DNA of 64,000 nucleotides from an uncultured Polaribacter sp. (GCA_943846595.1 OX044355.1:1788199-1852198); one strand, 5' to 3'. Shown: positions 1 through 11,340, counted from the stretch's first letter. Numbers and translations: made by a program. The notes: generated from the sequence alone by a model not told the origin.

Positions 1-175
1 AGACGGATCGCAACTTTCTTTTAAAGGATTGCCTTGTCCAAATATTTTTGCTGGAGGACATCATTTTCACGGGAAATACGAATATGTTCCTGTTGAATCA
101 ATGATGAAAGCAACCGAAGTAATTGTTCGAATAGCTGAAAAAGTCTCTGAAAAATTTGCAGAAAAAGCAAATTAA
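1..175 (+). CDS. pepT: Peptidase T, C-terminal end (partial)
   Basis: Frame from nt 2 reads [37 protein letters not shown]...*, the typical PepT C-terminus. Confidence 0.9.
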   Translation, partial: DGSQLSFKGLPCPNIFAGGHHFHGKYEYVPVESMMKATEVIVRIAEKVSEKFAEKAN

Positions 176-195
176 ATTTTAAAGAAAATATAGTC

Positions 196-735
196 TTAAA
201 ATTGATTTGGTTTTTTCCCTTTAACTTGACTAAAAAAGGCATGAAAATAGGTGAAGTCAGCTTCTTTATTGTCTGTGATTGTATAGGCTTTAGAAATTTT
301 TATTTGTTTGTTTCCAAAATCTAAGCTAGCCATTACTACTGGCACATTGGCCCCTTTTGCAATGTAGTAAAAACCTGTTTTCCATTTGGCTACTTTTTTT
401 CGAGTTCCTTCTGGCGACAAGCCCAAACGAAAATCTTCCTTGGAATTAAATAGCGCTACAATCGAGTCTACTAAATTATTATTCTGACTTCGATCAACAG
501 GGATTCCTCCTAAAAGACGGAATATAAAACCAAAAGGCCCTTTAAATAAAGACCCTTTTCCAATGAATTTAATCATAGTGCCTGACGACATCCTTGCTAA
601 AATTGCAATCGGAAAATCCATCCAACTAGTGTGAGGTGCTGCTATCACTAAATACTTTTTAATATCTTGAGGAAAATCGTTGATTAGTTTCCAACCAAAA
701 AGTCTAAATAATATAAAACTTGAAAATGCTTTCAT
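196..735 (-). CDS. 1-acyl-sn-glycerol-3-phosphate acyltransferase family protein
   Basis: APHTSWMD (HxxxxD) and SPEGTR motifs; likely start MKAFSS at 735. Confidence 0.85.
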   Translation of the reverse strand: MKAFSSFILFRLFGWKLINDFPQDIKKYLVIAAPHTSWMDFPIAILARMSSGTMIKFIGKGSLFKGPFGFIFRLLGGIPVDRSQNNNLVDSIVALFNSKEDFRLGLSPEGTRKKVAKWKTGFYYIAKGANVPVVMASLDFGNKQIKISKAYTITDNKEADFTYFHAFFSQVKGKKPNQF

Positions 736-775
736 TGTATATTTTAAAGTCCTAAATTTAAGCACTTAATTTGAT

Positions 776-2101
776 ATGATGAATATTTTAGTTATTAACT
801 TTTTAATCGTTGTTTTTGGGATTTCAATTGGCTTATTTATAGGTAGATTGCTAGGGAAATTAAAATCAGAAAAGGAGAAATCAGTTTTAGAAGGAAAGAA
901 TGCTTTACTGCAATCTTCCCAAGAAATTGCAGAAAATGAAGCATTAAAAGTTCAAAAAGAACTGCGGTTTTTACAGCAAGAAAAAGAACAATTATTAACA
1001 ATCAATTCTGGTCAAGTTGCGGATTTAAGAAATTTGCAACAAAAATTAGATGATAACAAAGAGGAAGTAACGAAACTCCAAGAAAAATTCACCAAAGAAT
1101 TTGAAAACTTAGCCAATAAAATATTTGAAGATAAATCGACAAAATTTACGGCACAGAACAAAGAAAATATTCAAACGATTTTACATCCTTTGCAAGAAAA
1201 AATTAAAGGTTTTGAAGATAAAGTTGAAAAAACGCATAAAGAAAGTATCGATTATCATGCCGCTTTACGCCAGCAAATAGTGGGATTGAAAGAAATGAAC
1301 TTGCAAATGAGTAAGGAAACTATCAATTTGACAAAGGCTTTAAAAGGAGATAATAAAACTCAAGGAAATTGGGGAGAACTGGTCTTAGAGCGTGTTTTAG
1401 AAAAATCGGGATTGGAAAAAAATCGCGAATATGTTGTGCAACAAAGTTTCACCAATGAGGAAGGAAAAAGAGTCTTACCTGATGTGGTAATTCATTTGCC
1501 CGACAATAGAAAGATGATTGTCGATTCTAAAGTATCTTTAACTGCATATGAACAATTTGTAAATGCTGAAGAGGAACCTCAAAAAGCGCTGTTTCTGAAA
1601 GACCATATTAATTCTCTTAAGCGTCATATCGAACAGCTGAGTGAAAAGAAATATGAAGATATTTATAAAATTGAATCGCCAGATTTCGTCTTATTATTTA
1701 TACCAATAGAACCTGCTTTTGCTGTAGCAATAAACTCAGACAACTCCCTGTATAATAAAGCATTTGACAAAAATATTGTGATCGTAACGCCTTCTACACT
1801 ATTGGCTACACTCCGAACCATTGATACCATGTGGAACAATGAAAAGCAACAAAAAAATGCACTAGAGATTGCAAGACAAGCTGGGAGTTTGTATGACAAA
1901 TTTCATGGCTTATTAAACGATTTAATCGGAATTGGAAAGAAAATTGATGCTTCTAAAACAGATTACAATGCTGCCATGAACAAACTAGTTGAAGGAAATG
2001 GAAATCTGATTACAAGTGTAGAAAAATTAAAGAAAATGGGGGCAAAAGCAAAGAAGGCACTTCCAGAAAATATTATAGAACGTGCAAGTGACACTTTATA
2101 G
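776..2101 (+). CDS. rmuC: DNA recombination protein RmuC
   Basis: N-terminal TM helix, coiled coil, QGNWGELVLERVLE, PDVVIHLP, IVDSKVSL motifs. Confidence 0.93.
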   Translation: MMNILVINFLIVVFGISIGLFIGRLLGKLKSEKEKSVLEGKNALLQSSQEIAENEALKVQKELRFLQQEKEQLLTINSGQVADLRNLQQKLDDNKEEVTKLQEKFTKEFENLANKIFEDKSTKFTAQNKENIQTILHPLQEKIKGFEDKVEKTHKESIDYHAALRQQIVGLKEMNLQMSKETINLTKALKGDNKTQGNWGELVLERVLEKSGLEKNREYVVQQSFTNEEGKRVLPDVVIHLPDNRKMIVDSKVSLTAYEQFVNAEEEPQKALFLKDHINSLKRHIEQLSEKKYEDIYKIESPDFVLLFIPIEPAFAVAINSDNSLYNKAFDKNIVIVTPSTLLATLRTIDTMWNNEKQQKNALEIARQAGSLYDKFHGLLNDLIGIGKKIDASKTDYNAAMNKLVEGNGNLITSVEKLKKMGAKAKKALPENIIERASDTL

Positions 2102-2167
2102 ATACAGTAGCTTTTGTGTAATAATTTGATTGTTGGTGATGATCTTGATCAAGTAAATATCTTTTCC
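2096..2167 (-). pseudogene. Orphan remnant resembling a T9SS type-A C-terminal sorting tail
   Basis: Reads GKDIYLIKIITNNQIITQKLLYL*, similar to the GIYxxKxxxxxxxxTxKLI ending of T9SS CTDs; no intact upstream gene. Confidence 0.45.
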
Positions 2168-2262
2168 ATAGGAAGAAATAATCATCCCAAAGGAAGCGGC
2201 ACTTTCTAGAAAGGAAACTTGGCTAAGCAATGGAATTGCACAAAAAAGGAAGGTGAAAAGAA

Positions 2263-2325
2263 GGCAATTACATTTCTCCAACAACCGAGTTTTCGATTGA
2301 AAACGTTGGAAGAAATGTAATTGCC
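2263..2325 (-). terminator. Long hairpin just downstream of glyA, followed by a U-rich tract on the minus strand
   Basis: GGCAATTACATTTCT...AGAAATGTAATTGCC 15-bp perfect stem plus inner CCAAC/GTTGG and GTTTTC/GAAAAC stems. Confidence 0.65.
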
Positions 2326-2335
2326 GAATCATTTT

Positions 2336-3610
2336 TTACATCACAAATAATCTTCTGTGAGACATCATATCTGAAACACGGTCACCAATTTCATGCAACG
2401 CATCATCATTCTCTGCATGCTGTATTGCTTCATCAATAAAACCAACTACAGCAGCCATGTCAGAAGCTAAGAGTCCACGTGTTGTAATTGCAGGCGTTCC
2501 AACACGGATTCCTGAGGTTACAAAGGGACTTTTATCATCAAAAGGAACCATGTTTTTATTCACGGTAATATCTGCCTTTCCAAGTGCAATTTCAGCATCT
2601 TTACCAGAAATGTTTTTGTTTCGCAAATCTATCAACATCATGTGATTGTCTGTACCTCCTGAAATGAGATCATATCCTTTGGCTACAAATGCTTTTGCCA
2701 TAGCAGCCGCATTTTCTTTTACTTGAATTTGGTAGGCTAAAAACTCGTCGGTTAATGCTTCTCCAAAAGCAATGGCTTTGGCAGCAATTACATGCTCTAA
2801 AGGCCCTCCTTGATTTCCTGGGAAAACAGCCGATTGAAGTAGTGATGACATTTTCTTTAATTTTCCATTTTTTAATGTTTCTCCAAATGGATTGTCAAAA
2901 TCTGCACCCATCATAATCATTCCACCTCTTGGGCCTCGCAATGTTTTATGAGTTGTTGTTGTAACAATATGACAATGTGGTAAAGGATCGTTTAAAATTC
3001 CTTTCGCAATCATTCCAGAAGGATGCGAAATGTCTGCCAGTAAAATTGCACCAACACTATCCGCGATAGCTCTGAAACGTTTAAAATCGATATCTCTCGA
3101 ATAGGCAGAAGCTCCAGCTATAATTAAATTTGGTTGTTCCTTTGTTGCTGTTTCTTGAATTTTATCATAGTCCAAAACTCCAGTTTCTTTTTCAACTCCA
3201 TAAAAAGAGGTTTTGTATAATTTACCAGAAAAATTTACTGGCGAACCGTGTGTAAGGTGACCTCCATGTGATAAATCAAAACCTAAAATTTTGTCGCCTG
3301 GTTTTAAACACACTGAAAAAACAGCTGTGTTTGCTTGAGAACCAGAGTGTGGCTGAACATTTACATAGGCAGCACCAAATAACTCTTTGGCTCTATCAAT
3401 TGCAATTTGCTCAACAATATCAACAATTTCACACCCCCCATAATAACGTTTTCCGGGATATCCTTCTGCATATTTGTTGGTTAAAATAGAACCTTGGGCT
3501 CGCATTACTTGATCGCTTACAAAGTTTTCTGAAGCGATTAATTCTAATCCGTTTAATTGTCTTTCTTTCTCCTCTTCTATCAGGTCAAAAATTAAATTAT
3601 CTTGTTGCAT
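2336..3610 (-). CDS. glyA: Serine hydroxymethyltransferase
   Basis: [35 protein letters not shown] (PLP lysine). Confidence 0.98.
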   Translation of the reverse strand: MQQDNLIFDLIEEEKERQLNGLELIASENFVSDQVMRAQGSILTNKYAEGYPGKRYYGGCEIVDIVEQIAIDRAKELFGAAYVNVQPHSGSQANTAVFSVCLKPGDKILGFDLSHGGHLTHGSPVNFSGKLYKTSFYGVEKETGVLDYDKIQETATKEQPNLIIAGASAYSRDIDFKRFRAIADSVGAILLADISHPSGMIAKGILNDPLPHCHIVTTTTHKTLRGPRGGMIMMGADFDNPFGETLKNGKLKKMSSLLQSAVFPGNQGGPLEHVIAAKAIAFGEALTDEFLAYQIQVKENAAAMAKAFVAKGYDLISGGTDNHMMLIDLRNKNISGKDAEIALGKADITVNKNMVPFDDKSPFVTSGIRVGTPAITTRGLLASDMAAVVGFIDEAIQHAENDDALHEIGDRVSDMMSHRRLFVM

Positions 3611-3808
3611 TGTTGTGTGTTGTTTAATTTAACAAAAATACAGAAAATGATGCATCCATTGAATAGGTTTTATTGATATTTTAAACATTTATATTAACAA
3701 TTATTAAATTGAAAAAAAAGGAGTTGTTAAAATACGTTATTGATTATTTTTCAAGACAAAAATGAAAAAAAAATGCATAAATTTGATTTAAAATATAAAA
3801 ATCAAAAA

Positions 3809-5086
3809 ATGATTATAACCGCAAACAATCCAAATAGAAAATCTTGGTTGAATGTCAACAAGGATTCCGATTTTCCAATCCAAAATATTCCTTTCGGTGT
3901 TTTTATCACCAAAGAGGATATCATAACAATTGGGAGTAGAATTGGTGATTTTGCCATTGATTTAGGCGCATTGCATCAATTGGGTTATTTTAATGGGATT
4001 CCATTAACTGACGATATTTTTTTGCAAGACAATTTGAACGATTTTATTGCGGATGGGAGAAAAACATGGCGCTTGGTTCGCAACAGAATTGCTGATATTT
4101 TTGATGTTACAAATGGAAAACTCCGAGATAATGGAACCCATAAAGAACATATTATATTTAGAATGGACGAAGTAGAGATGCTATTGCCCGTTTCTGTTGG
4201 AGATTATACCGATTTTTATGCCAGTAAAGAACATGCTACGAATGTTGGATCCTTATTCAGAGATCCAGATAATGCCTTGTTGCCAAATTGGCTTCACATC
4301 CCTATTGGATATCACGGAAGAAGTTCTTCAATCATCCCATCTGGAACTCCTGTTAGAAGGCCGTATGGACAAACGAAACCAGCTGAAGGTATTGATACTC
4401 CTGGCTTTGGTCCTACAAAATTATTAGATTTCGAATTGGAAATGGCATTTATTACAACCGATGCTAATACATTGGGTGATCGCATTCCAATTCACGAAGC
4501 TGAAGAATATATTTTTGGATTGGTGCAATTTAATGATTGGTCGGCAAGAGACATTCAAGCCTGGGAATATGTACCTTTAGGTCCCTTTTTAGGAAAAAGT
4601 TTTGCCTCTACCATTTCTCCTTGGATTGTTACCTTAGATGCTTTAGCGCCTTTTAAAACAGATAATCCAAAGCAAGTACACCCTCCTTTAGCCTATTTAA
4701 AACAAGAAGGAAAAGGAAGTTATGACATCCATTTACAAGTTGGTATTCAGCCAGAAAACGGTGAAGAAACGATTCTTTCAAATTCAAATTTCAAATACAT
4801 GTATTGGACGATGGCACAACAATTGGCTCATCATACTGTGAATGGTTGTCCTGTAGAAGCTGGAGATATGATGGGTTCTGGAACAATTTCCGGACCCACA
4901 AAGGACAGTTATGGTTCGATGTTAGAATTGACTTGGCGGGGTCAAAATCCAATCAGATTAAAAGATGGAACGACGCGTACATTTATCAATGATCATGACA
5001 CCGTTATTATGCGCGCTCATTGTAAAAATGAGCATGTTCGAATTGGTTTTGGTGAATGTGTTGGTAAAGTATTACCAGCCAAATAA
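3809..5086 (+). CDS. fahA: Fumarylacetoacetase
   Basis: FPIQNIPFG, DYTDFYASKEHA, LDFELE, NDWSARDIQAWEY; start chosen at MIITANNP downstream of TAAATTTG promoter-like motif. Confidence 0.95.
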   Translation: MIITANNPNRKSWLNVNKDSDFPIQNIPFGVFITKEDIITIGSRIGDFAIDLGALHQLGYFNGIPLTDDIFLQDNLNDFIADGRKTWRLVRNRIADIFDVTNGKLRDNGTHKEHIIFRMDEVEMLLPVSVGDYTDFYASKEHATNVGSLFRDPDNALLPNWLHIPIGYHGRSSSIIPSGTPVRRPYGQTKPAEGIDTPGFGPTKLLDFELEMAFITTDANTLGDRIPIHEAEEYIFGLVQFNDWSARDIQAWEYVPLGPFLGKSFASTISPWIVTLDALAPFKTDNPKQVHPPLAYLKQEGKGSYDIHLQVGIQPENGEETILSNSNFKYMYWTMAQQLAHHTVNGCPVEAGDMMGSGTISGPTKDSYGSMLELTWRGQNPIRLKDGTTRTFINDHDTVIMRAHCKNEHVRIGFGECVGKVLPAK

Positions 5087-5109
5087 ATTCTTATAAAACA
5101 CCTAAAAAA

Positions 5110-5129
5110 AAGCGCTGTTATCAGCGCTT
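5110..5129. terminator. Bidirectional intrinsic terminator between convergent fahA and helicase
   Basis: AAGCGCTG-TTAT-CAGCGCTT flanked by A/T tracts. Confidence 0.7.
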
Positions 5130-5142
5130 CTATTATATCTTC

Positions 5143-6717
5143 TTATTCCTCAATGGGTGGATGCCCATGAATCTTTTCAAAATCTCTATCAAAATTTTCA
5201 CGTAGGTAGGCTTTTAACTTTTTACGATAATCCTCTTTTAGCCAAGTGACAAAATTATGTGTGCTTTTTGAAATACATTTAGCATATCTGTTAATGCGAT
5301 CGTCAATCTCCTCTCCTATTTTCTTTGCTAAAATTAAGGCATCAAAAACATCTTCACTGTTTTCGATACACATTTTTGCATGATGCACGATTGATTTTTC
5401 TAATACCCTTTTTGAGGATTCACCATTTCTAATAGTATCAATATACACGTGCTTAACATCAAAATAAGTATCGGTAGATTTTTCAAAATCTTTTTTTATG
5501 TTGGTGGGTAATTCGTATCTAAAATTACTTTCAATATCTTCATCAGAGAGAATAGCATCTAGATAATAATCAGGCGACTTGAACATTTTCTGCCAGTCTA
5601 AATCAGCTCCCCAAGCACCAAATCGATGGAAATTATTTCCTAAATCGACTACGTTAAACGTATTTTTATTCGCTAAAATTCTAGATCCACGACCAATCAT
5701 TTGATAATACAATGTCAATGATTTTGTGGCCCTGTTTAAGATAATAGACTCAATGGTAGGTTCATCAAAGCCCGTCGTTAAAATACTTACAGATGTAATA
5801 ATCGCATTGGGTGTTTTCTTAAACCAAGTAAGAATAAAATTACGTTCTTTTTTTGTATTCGTGTTGTCTAGATGTGCAATTGGATACCCTGCCTTTTTAA
5901 AAGCTTCAAATACTTGAATAGAAGTATTAATTCCGTTATTAAAGATCAGTGTTTTCTTTCCTTTAGAAGTTGCTTCATAGGCTTCAATAAGCTTACTCAA
6001 CATGTCTGAATTGGTATATAGATCTTCTGAAGATTTTACAGTATAATCTCCATTTACACCTACTTCTAGTGAGGTTAATCCTACATTAAAGGAATGCAAA
6101 TTTGCACTTGCCAAATAATGATTATCAATTAAATGTTGAATGGTTTCTCCAACAAATAATTCCTGATAATTCTCATACATTGGTAATTTAATATTAGAAC
6201 TCAATGGAGTTGCCGTCACTCCTAGTATGATGGAATTGTCAAAAAACTTAAAAATTTTTGTAAAAGAATTATAGTGCGCTTCATCTACAATAACCAAACC
6301 AATATCAGAAATATCAAGCTTTTCGTCATTCAATCTGTTTTTCAAAGTCTCCACCATAGCAACAAAACAATCGTATTTATCTTGATCGTCTAGTTGGGCG
6401 GTACTGTTAATGATTTTATTTTCAACTCCAAACTCGCTAAGCATGTTTGAGGTTTGCTTACTCAATTCTATTCGGTGCGTTAAGACTAAAACTTTTTTCT
6501 TATACTTGGAGATATAGCGTCTTACAATTTCAGAAAAAATGACCGTTTTACCACCTCCCGTTGGAAGTTGATACAATAAATGGTAATCGTCACCAGCATT
6601 ATCAAATCGTTGAAAGATTTCCGTGATGGCATCTTTTTGATAATTATATAATTCTTTTCCTGAAGTATTCTTTAAGGTGCTAATTTCTGCCAAGATTTTA
6701 AAAATTTTGAAATACAA
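5143..6717 (-). CDS. SF2 DEAD/DEAH-box helicase (RadD/YejH-like, DEAH)
   Basis: LPTGGGKT Walker A, IVDEAH, GVTATP, LTTGFDEP, QMIGRGSR. Confidence 0.9.
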   Translation of the reverse strand: MYFKIFKILAEISTLKNTSGKELYNYQKDAITEIFQRFDNAGDDYHLLYQLPTGGGKTVIFSEIVRRYISKYKKKVLVLTHRIELSKQTSNMLSEFGVENKIINSTAQLDDQDKYDCFVAMVETLKNRLNDEKLDISDIGLVIVDEAHYNSFTKIFKFFDNSIILGVTATPLSSNIKLPMYENYQELFVGETIQHLIDNHYLASANLHSFNVGLTSLEVGVNGDYTVKSSEDLYTNSDMLSKLIEAYEATSKGKKTLIFNNGINTSIQVFEAFKKAGYPIAHLDNTNTKKERNFILTWFKKTPNAIITSVSILTTGFDEPTIESIILNRATKSLTLYYQMIGRGSRILANKNTFNVVDLGNNFHRFGAWGADLDWQKMFKSPDYYLDAILSDEDIESNFRYELPTNIKKDFEKSTDTYFDVKHVYIDTIRNGESSKRVLEKSIVHHAKMCIENSEDVFDALILAKKIGEEIDDRINRYAKCISKSTHNFVTWLKEDYRKKLKAYLRENFDRDFEKIHGHPPIEE

Positions 6718-6753
6718 AAATAAGACTTAAAATAGGTTTTTCACTACTTTAGG

Positions 6754-7149
6754 CTATTGAAATTTTAATAAATTTGTTTCTGTGATATCATTATGTGAAA
6801 AATGAGCAAAAGTAACTCCATTTCGAACTACGATCAATTGAGGAGATTGATGGACAACTTGGAAAGAATATCCGACTTCATCCGATATATTTCGATAGTT
6901 TAAAAGATCTAGATAGTACACTTTAAGTTTCTTCGTTTCCACTGTAAAGAGGTTTTCAAATTGTTTGATGACCATTCTGCTAATTCCACAACGAGTCGAA
7001 TGCTTAAAAATAAGCACAAATTCAGTTTCAGATTCTACTTTAATAGTTGCTAATTGATCTAAGTTTGTGAGCGGAATCCAATTGATAAATGTTGCTACAT
7101 CTCCTTTTTCTTTTTTATTACTCTTAAAAACTCCGTCAAACAATCCCAT
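6754..7149 (-). CDS. ytxJ: Thioredoxin-fold YtxJ family (bacillithiol-system) protein
   Basis: IFKHSTRCGIS monothiol motif and VVHQSPQLIVV. Confidence 0.85.
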   Translation of the reverse strand: MGLFDGVFKSNKKEKGDVATFINWIPLTNLDQLATIKVESETEFVLIFKHSTRCGISRMVIKQFENLFTVETKKLKVYYLDLLNYRNISDEVGYSFQVVHQSPQLIVVRNGVTFAHFSHNDITETNLLKFQ

Positions 7150-7317
7150 ACCTTTCTTTTTATTTTCAAATTCACTGCAAATGTAGGAAACTTTTATTAA
7201 GTCAAAAAGTCAGTAATAACAAGGTGAAACACGACAAAATGACTTGATTCTAGTAAATTCATCAAATGGTATTAGAATTGCATTTAAGAGAAAAAAAAAA
7301 TAAAAAAGAATAAAAAA

Positions 7318-9927
7318 ATGAATTTCAATAATTATACCACCAAAGCACAGGAAACTATCCAATTGTCTCAAGAAATCGCACAAGCATTTGGGCACAATCA
7401 AATAGAAAATGAGCATATCTTTAAAGCATTGACGCAAGTTGATGAAAATGTCCTTCCGTTTATCCTCAAGAAATTGCATATAAATATCGCAATGGTAATT
7501 CAGACATTAGATAAACATTTAGAAAGTGTTCCTAAAGTCTCTGGAGTTGATTTAATTCTTTCAAGAATTGCAAGCAAAAGTTTAACGGAGGCAGCTGTAA
7601 TTGCTAAAAAAATGAAGGATGAATTTATTTCCATCGAACATTTGATTCTTAGTATTTTTAAATCAAAAAGTACAATTTCACAAATTTTAAAAGATTTAGG
7701 AGCTACTGAAAAAGAGTTGGAACATTGCATTAAAGAATTAAGAAAAGGCGAACGAGTGACTTCTCAAAATGCAGAAGAAAACTACAATTCGTTGCATAAA
7801 TACGCGAAAAATTTAAATCAATTAGCGAAAGACAATATGTTGGACCCTGTGATTGGTAGAGATGATGAAATAAGACGATTGCTTCAAATACTTTCTCGTA
7901 GAACCAAAAACAATCCAATTTTAGTTGGAGAACCGGGTACAGGAAAAACGGCAATTGCAGAAGGATTAGCACATAGAATTGTAGATGGAGATGTTCCTGA
8001 AAATCTAAAAGAAAAACTCATTTTTTCTTTGGACATGGGGGCTTTAATTGCGGGTGCAAAATACAAAGGAGAGTTTGAAGAGCGTCTAAAAGCGGTCATC
8101 AAAGAAGTCACCACATCCAATGGAGACATTGTTTTATTTATTGATGAAATTCACACATTGGTAGGTGCAGGTGGCGGAAATGGCGCTATGGATGCCGCTA
8201 ACATTTTAAAACCTGCATTGGCTCGTGGAGAATTACGTGCAATAGGCGCGACTACCCTAGACGAATATCAAAAACATTTTGAAAAAGACAAAGCACTCGA
8301 AAGACGTTTTCAAAAAATTCTAGTAAATGAGCCCGATACTGAGAGTGCAATTTCAATTTTGCGCGGGATTAAAGAAAAATACGAAACCCACCATAAAGTT
8401 CGCATTAAGGATGAAGCCATTATTGGTGCTGTAACATTATCACAAAGATATATTACCAATCGTTTTTTACCAGACAAAGCAATAGATCTCATGGATGAGG
8501 CTGCTTCTAAATTGCGAATGGAAATCAACTCGAAACCCGAAGAATTGGATGTTTTAGATCGTAAAATTATGCAATTAGAAATTGAAATTGAAGCTATTAA
8601 ACGTGAAAAAGACGAAACAAAGCTCAAAGGTTTGCGATCTGAATTGGGTAATTTTAAAGAAGAACGAAACGAGATTAATGCAAAATGGAAATCTGAAAAA
8701 GAAGTTGTTGATAATATTCAAAATGCAAAATTAGCGATTGAAAACTTTAAAATAGCGGCTGAGAAAGCAGCACGTGAAGGAAATTATGGAAAAGTTGCAG
8801 AAATTAGATATGGCAAAATTAAAGAAGCACAGGATCAATTAGAAGCCTTACAAGACCATTTGAGAGAAAATCAATCTGAAAACTCAATCATCAAAGAAGA
8901 AGTTACCCTAGATGATATTGCTGAAGTTGTTGGCAAATGGACGGGGATTCCAGTCAAAAAAATGGTGCAATCTGAACGCGAAAAATTATTGCAATTAGAA
9001 GATGAGTTGCGGAAAAGAATCGTGGGTCAAGAAGAAGCAATTGTTGCTGTTTCCGATGCTGTTAGAAGATCTAGAGCTGGTTTGCAGCATCCAAATAAGC
9101 CAATTGGAAGCTTCTTATTTTTAGGAACAACTGGTGTAGGAAAAACAGCATTGGCAAAAGCTTTGGCTGCTTACTTATTTGATGATGAAAATGCAATGAC
9201 AAGAATCGACATGAGCGAATACCAAGAACGGCATTCTGTGAGTAGATTGGTGGGTGCACCTCCAGGATATGTTGGCTATGATGAAGGAGGTCAATTGACA
9301 GAAGCTGTTCGAAGAAGACCCTATTCTGTAGTCCTATTGGATGAAATTGAAAAGGCGCACTCGGATACTTTCAATATATTATTGCAAGTGTTGGATGAAG
9401 GAAGATTAACGGATAATAAAGGCCGTGTTGCCGATTTTAAAAATACCATCATAATTATGACGTCAAATCTGGGAAGCGCTATGATTCAAGAGAAATTTGA
9501 AGCTTCAAAAGCAGATTCAACGTTGGCTTCCGAGGCTGCCAAAATTGAAGTACTCGGCCTCTTGAAACAGACGGTAAGACCTGAGTTTTTGAATAGAATT
9601 GATGATATCTTACTCTTTACTCCTCTAAACAAAGCTGCTATTCATCAAATTGTAAAATTACAATTTGATGAATTGAAAAAAAGGATTGACCAACAGAAAA
9701 TCACAATCGATGCTACAGACGAGGCTATCGAATACCTCTCCATGAAAGGATACCAACCAGAGTATGGAGCTAGGCCAGTAAAAAGAGTGCTTCAAAAAGA
9801 AGTACTTAATGCGCTTTCGAAAGATATTTTATCAGGAAAAATAACAACTGATAGTATCATTTTATTAGATTGTTTTGATGATCAGCTCGTGTTTAGAAAT
9901 CAATCTGATTTGGTGGAAAGTTTATAA
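7318..9927 (+). CDS. clpB: ATP-dependent chaperone ClpB
   Basis: Two AAA+ modules ([16 protein letters not shown]), [12 protein letters not shown], coiled-coil M domain, GYVGY pore loop. Confidence 0.97.
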   Translation: MNFNNYTTKAQETIQLSQEIAQAFGHNQIENEHIFKALTQVDENVLPFILKKLHINIAMVIQTLDKHLESVPKVSGVDLILSRIASKSLTEAAVIAKKMKDEFISIEHLILSIFKSKSTISQILKDLGATEKELEHCIKELRKGERVTSQNAEENYNSLHKYAKNLNQLAKDNMLDPVIGRDDEIRRLLQILSRRTKNNPILVGEPGTGKTAIAEGLAHRIVDGDVPENLKEKLIFSLDMGALIAGAKYKGEFEERLKAVIKEVTTSNGDIVLFIDEIHTLVGAGGGNGAMDAANILKPALARGELRAIGATTLDEYQKHFEKDKALERRFQKILVNEPDTESAISILRGIKEKYETHHKVRIKDEAIIGAVTLSQRYITNRFLPDKAIDLMDEAASKLRMEINSKPEELDVLDRKIMQLEIEIEAIKREKDETKLKGLRSELGNFKEERNEINAKWKSEKEVVDNIQNAKLAIENFKIAAEKAAREGNYGKVAEIRYGKIKEAQDQLEALQDHLRENQSENSIIKEEVTLDDIAEVVGKWTGIPVKKMVQSEREKLLQLEDELRKRIVGQEEAIVAVSDAVRRSRAGLQHPNKPIGSFLFLGTTGVGKTALAKALAAYLFDDENAMTRIDMSEYQERHSVSRLVGAPPGYVGYDEGGQLTEAVRRRPYSVVLLDEIEKAHSDTFNILLQVLDEGRLTDNKGRVADFKNTIIIMTSNLGSAMIQEKFEASKADSTLASEAAKIEVLGLLKQTVRPEFLNRIDDILLFTPLNKAAIHQIVKLQFDELKKRIDQQKITIDATDEAIEYLSMKGYQPEYGARPVKRVLQKEVLNALSKDILSGKITTDSIILLDCFDDQLVFRNQSDLVESL

Positions 9928-9946
9928 TTTAAGTTTACGAGACCTC

Positions 9947-9980
9947 AAAAAAGTGATGTTATAAAAGACATCCCTTTTTT
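9947..9980 (+). terminator. Intrinsic terminator after clpB
   Basis: AAAAAAGTGATGT...ACATCCCTTTTTT hairpin with T tract. Confidence 0.65.
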
Positions 9981-10017
9981 TATTTTTACGTATATTGTTT
10001 GCCTAAAATATGCCCTA

Positions 10018-10515
10018 ATGAAAAAATACACACTCCTTCTTCTTTTTGTTTTTACCGCGCTACTTTCTTGTACTACTGAAGAAACAACGACCTATTATTT
10101 AATTCGTCATGCAGAAAAAGTAAGAACCGATGCAACAAATCGAAACCCAGATTTAAATGAAGCGGGAAAAAAAAGAGCTATAAATTGGGCACGGTATTTT
10201 AAAAATATAGCATTAGAGGCTGTTTATTCAACAAAGTACAATAGAACGATACAAACAGCTACACCAACTGCAAATCAAATGAATCTCTCAATTCAACACT
10301 ATGATCCCAAAAAGATGTATACGGAAGATTTTGCTGCAGCTACAAAAGGAAAAAAGATATTGATTGTTGGTCATAGCAATACAACACCTGTTTTTGCAAA
10401 CAAAATCTTAGGAGAAGCGAAATACAAAAACATGGACGACCACGACAATGCAAGCCTTTACATTGTTACCGTGGTAGGAGCAAAAAAGACGAGTCGTATT
10501 GAAATTCTAGAATAA
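10018..10515 (+). CDS. Histidine phosphatase (phosphoglycerate mutase/SixA-like) family lipoprotein
   Basis: Lipobox LLSC, LIRHAEK and VGHSNT motifs. Confidence 0.85.
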   Translation: MKKYTLLLLFVFTALLSCTTEETTTYYLIRHAEKVRTDATNRNPDLNEAGKKRAINWARYFKNIALEAVYSTKYNRTIQTATPTANQMNLSIQHYDPKKMYTEDFAAATKGKKILIVGHSNTTPVFANKILGEAKYKNMDDHDNASLYIVTVVGAKKTSRIEILE

Positions 10516-10517
10516 GT

Positions 10518-11339
10518 TTACTTTTTTGCAACCAACAGCATGTGCGGACTAAAAGCCAATACTGATTCGTCTTTTTCGGTGACTTCTAAAAGTGCCAATA
10601 ATGTTTTTTTCTTTTGAGGATCTAACATGTTTGCAAAGTATTCATTGTCCAACCAAATCATTCCTTCCACTGCAAACAAATTGATAATTTCTAAACCCTG
10701 AGAGGTGAATTCTTTCTTTAATTGTTTGGGCTTGTGACAAAAACCATCAGCCAACAACCAAGGGAATTCCTTTGGAGGATTGTGAATTCCTGAAGTTAAC
10801 ACTGTCTTACACATGTCAAAAAAAGTTTTTTTATGAATGAGTCCTTGCAGTAAGCCTGCTATTGTTGATGCAGCGGAATTGATAGCAAAACCTAAAACAA
10901 TGCCTCCTTTTTTCAACACTCTTTTTGCCTCCTGAATGGTTTGCAATCGATCTTCTTTTTTCTGAAGGTGGTACAAGGGTCCGTGTAAAATAACCAAATC
11001 AGCAAACTCGTTTTTGAGTTGGAGATTTCGTGATTCCCCCAAAGTCACCGAAAAGGGATTCTTTAATTGCTGAGCGCGTTTTTGTGCCAGTTTGAGGTGT
11101 TTTTCTACAGGTTCGATTAAATGCACATGATGCCCCATTTTTGCCAACCATTCACTGTACTTTCCGGTACCTCCACCCACATCAATAATAGTTGCATTGG
11201 TTTTGAAAAGATGCCTCTCAATAAGCGACTTAATGCGTTCAAACTCAAAAAAACCCATACCATTGTCCAAGCGTGTTTCTTCGGAGGCCTTGGTATAAAA
11301 ATCGTTTAATGCTTTACTAATGAGTTGTTTTTTGCTCAT
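10518..11339 (-). CDS. Class I SAM-dependent methyltransferase
   Basis: IDVGGGTGKY SAM motif, DLVILHGPLYHL. Confidence 0.88.
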   Translation of the reverse strand: MSKKQLISKALNDFYTKASEETRLDNGMGFFEFERIKSLIERHLFKTNATIIDVGGGTGKYSEWLAKMGHHVHLIEPVEKHLKLAQKRAQQLKNPFSVTLGESRNLQLKNEFADLVILHGPLYHLQKKEDRLQTIQEAKRVLKKGGIVLGFAINSAASTIAGLLQGLIHKKTFFDMCKTVLTSGIHNPPKEFPWLLADGFCHKPKQLKKEFTSQGLEIINLFAVEGMIWLDNEYFANMLDPQKKKTLLALLEVTEKDESVLAFSPHMLLVAKK

Positions 11340-11340
11340 T

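Noticed and set aside
2096-2332. 78-aa minus-strand ORF after glyA as a real gene
   Set aside because: Its 5' half runs through a hairpin and pyrimidine tract; only the last 23 codons look protein-like
9121-9170. ClpB second Walker A reads GVGKTALAK instead of the usual GVGKTELAK
   Set aside because: GKT core, Walker B and pore loops are intact; a single substitution outside the invariant residues is not evidence of altered function
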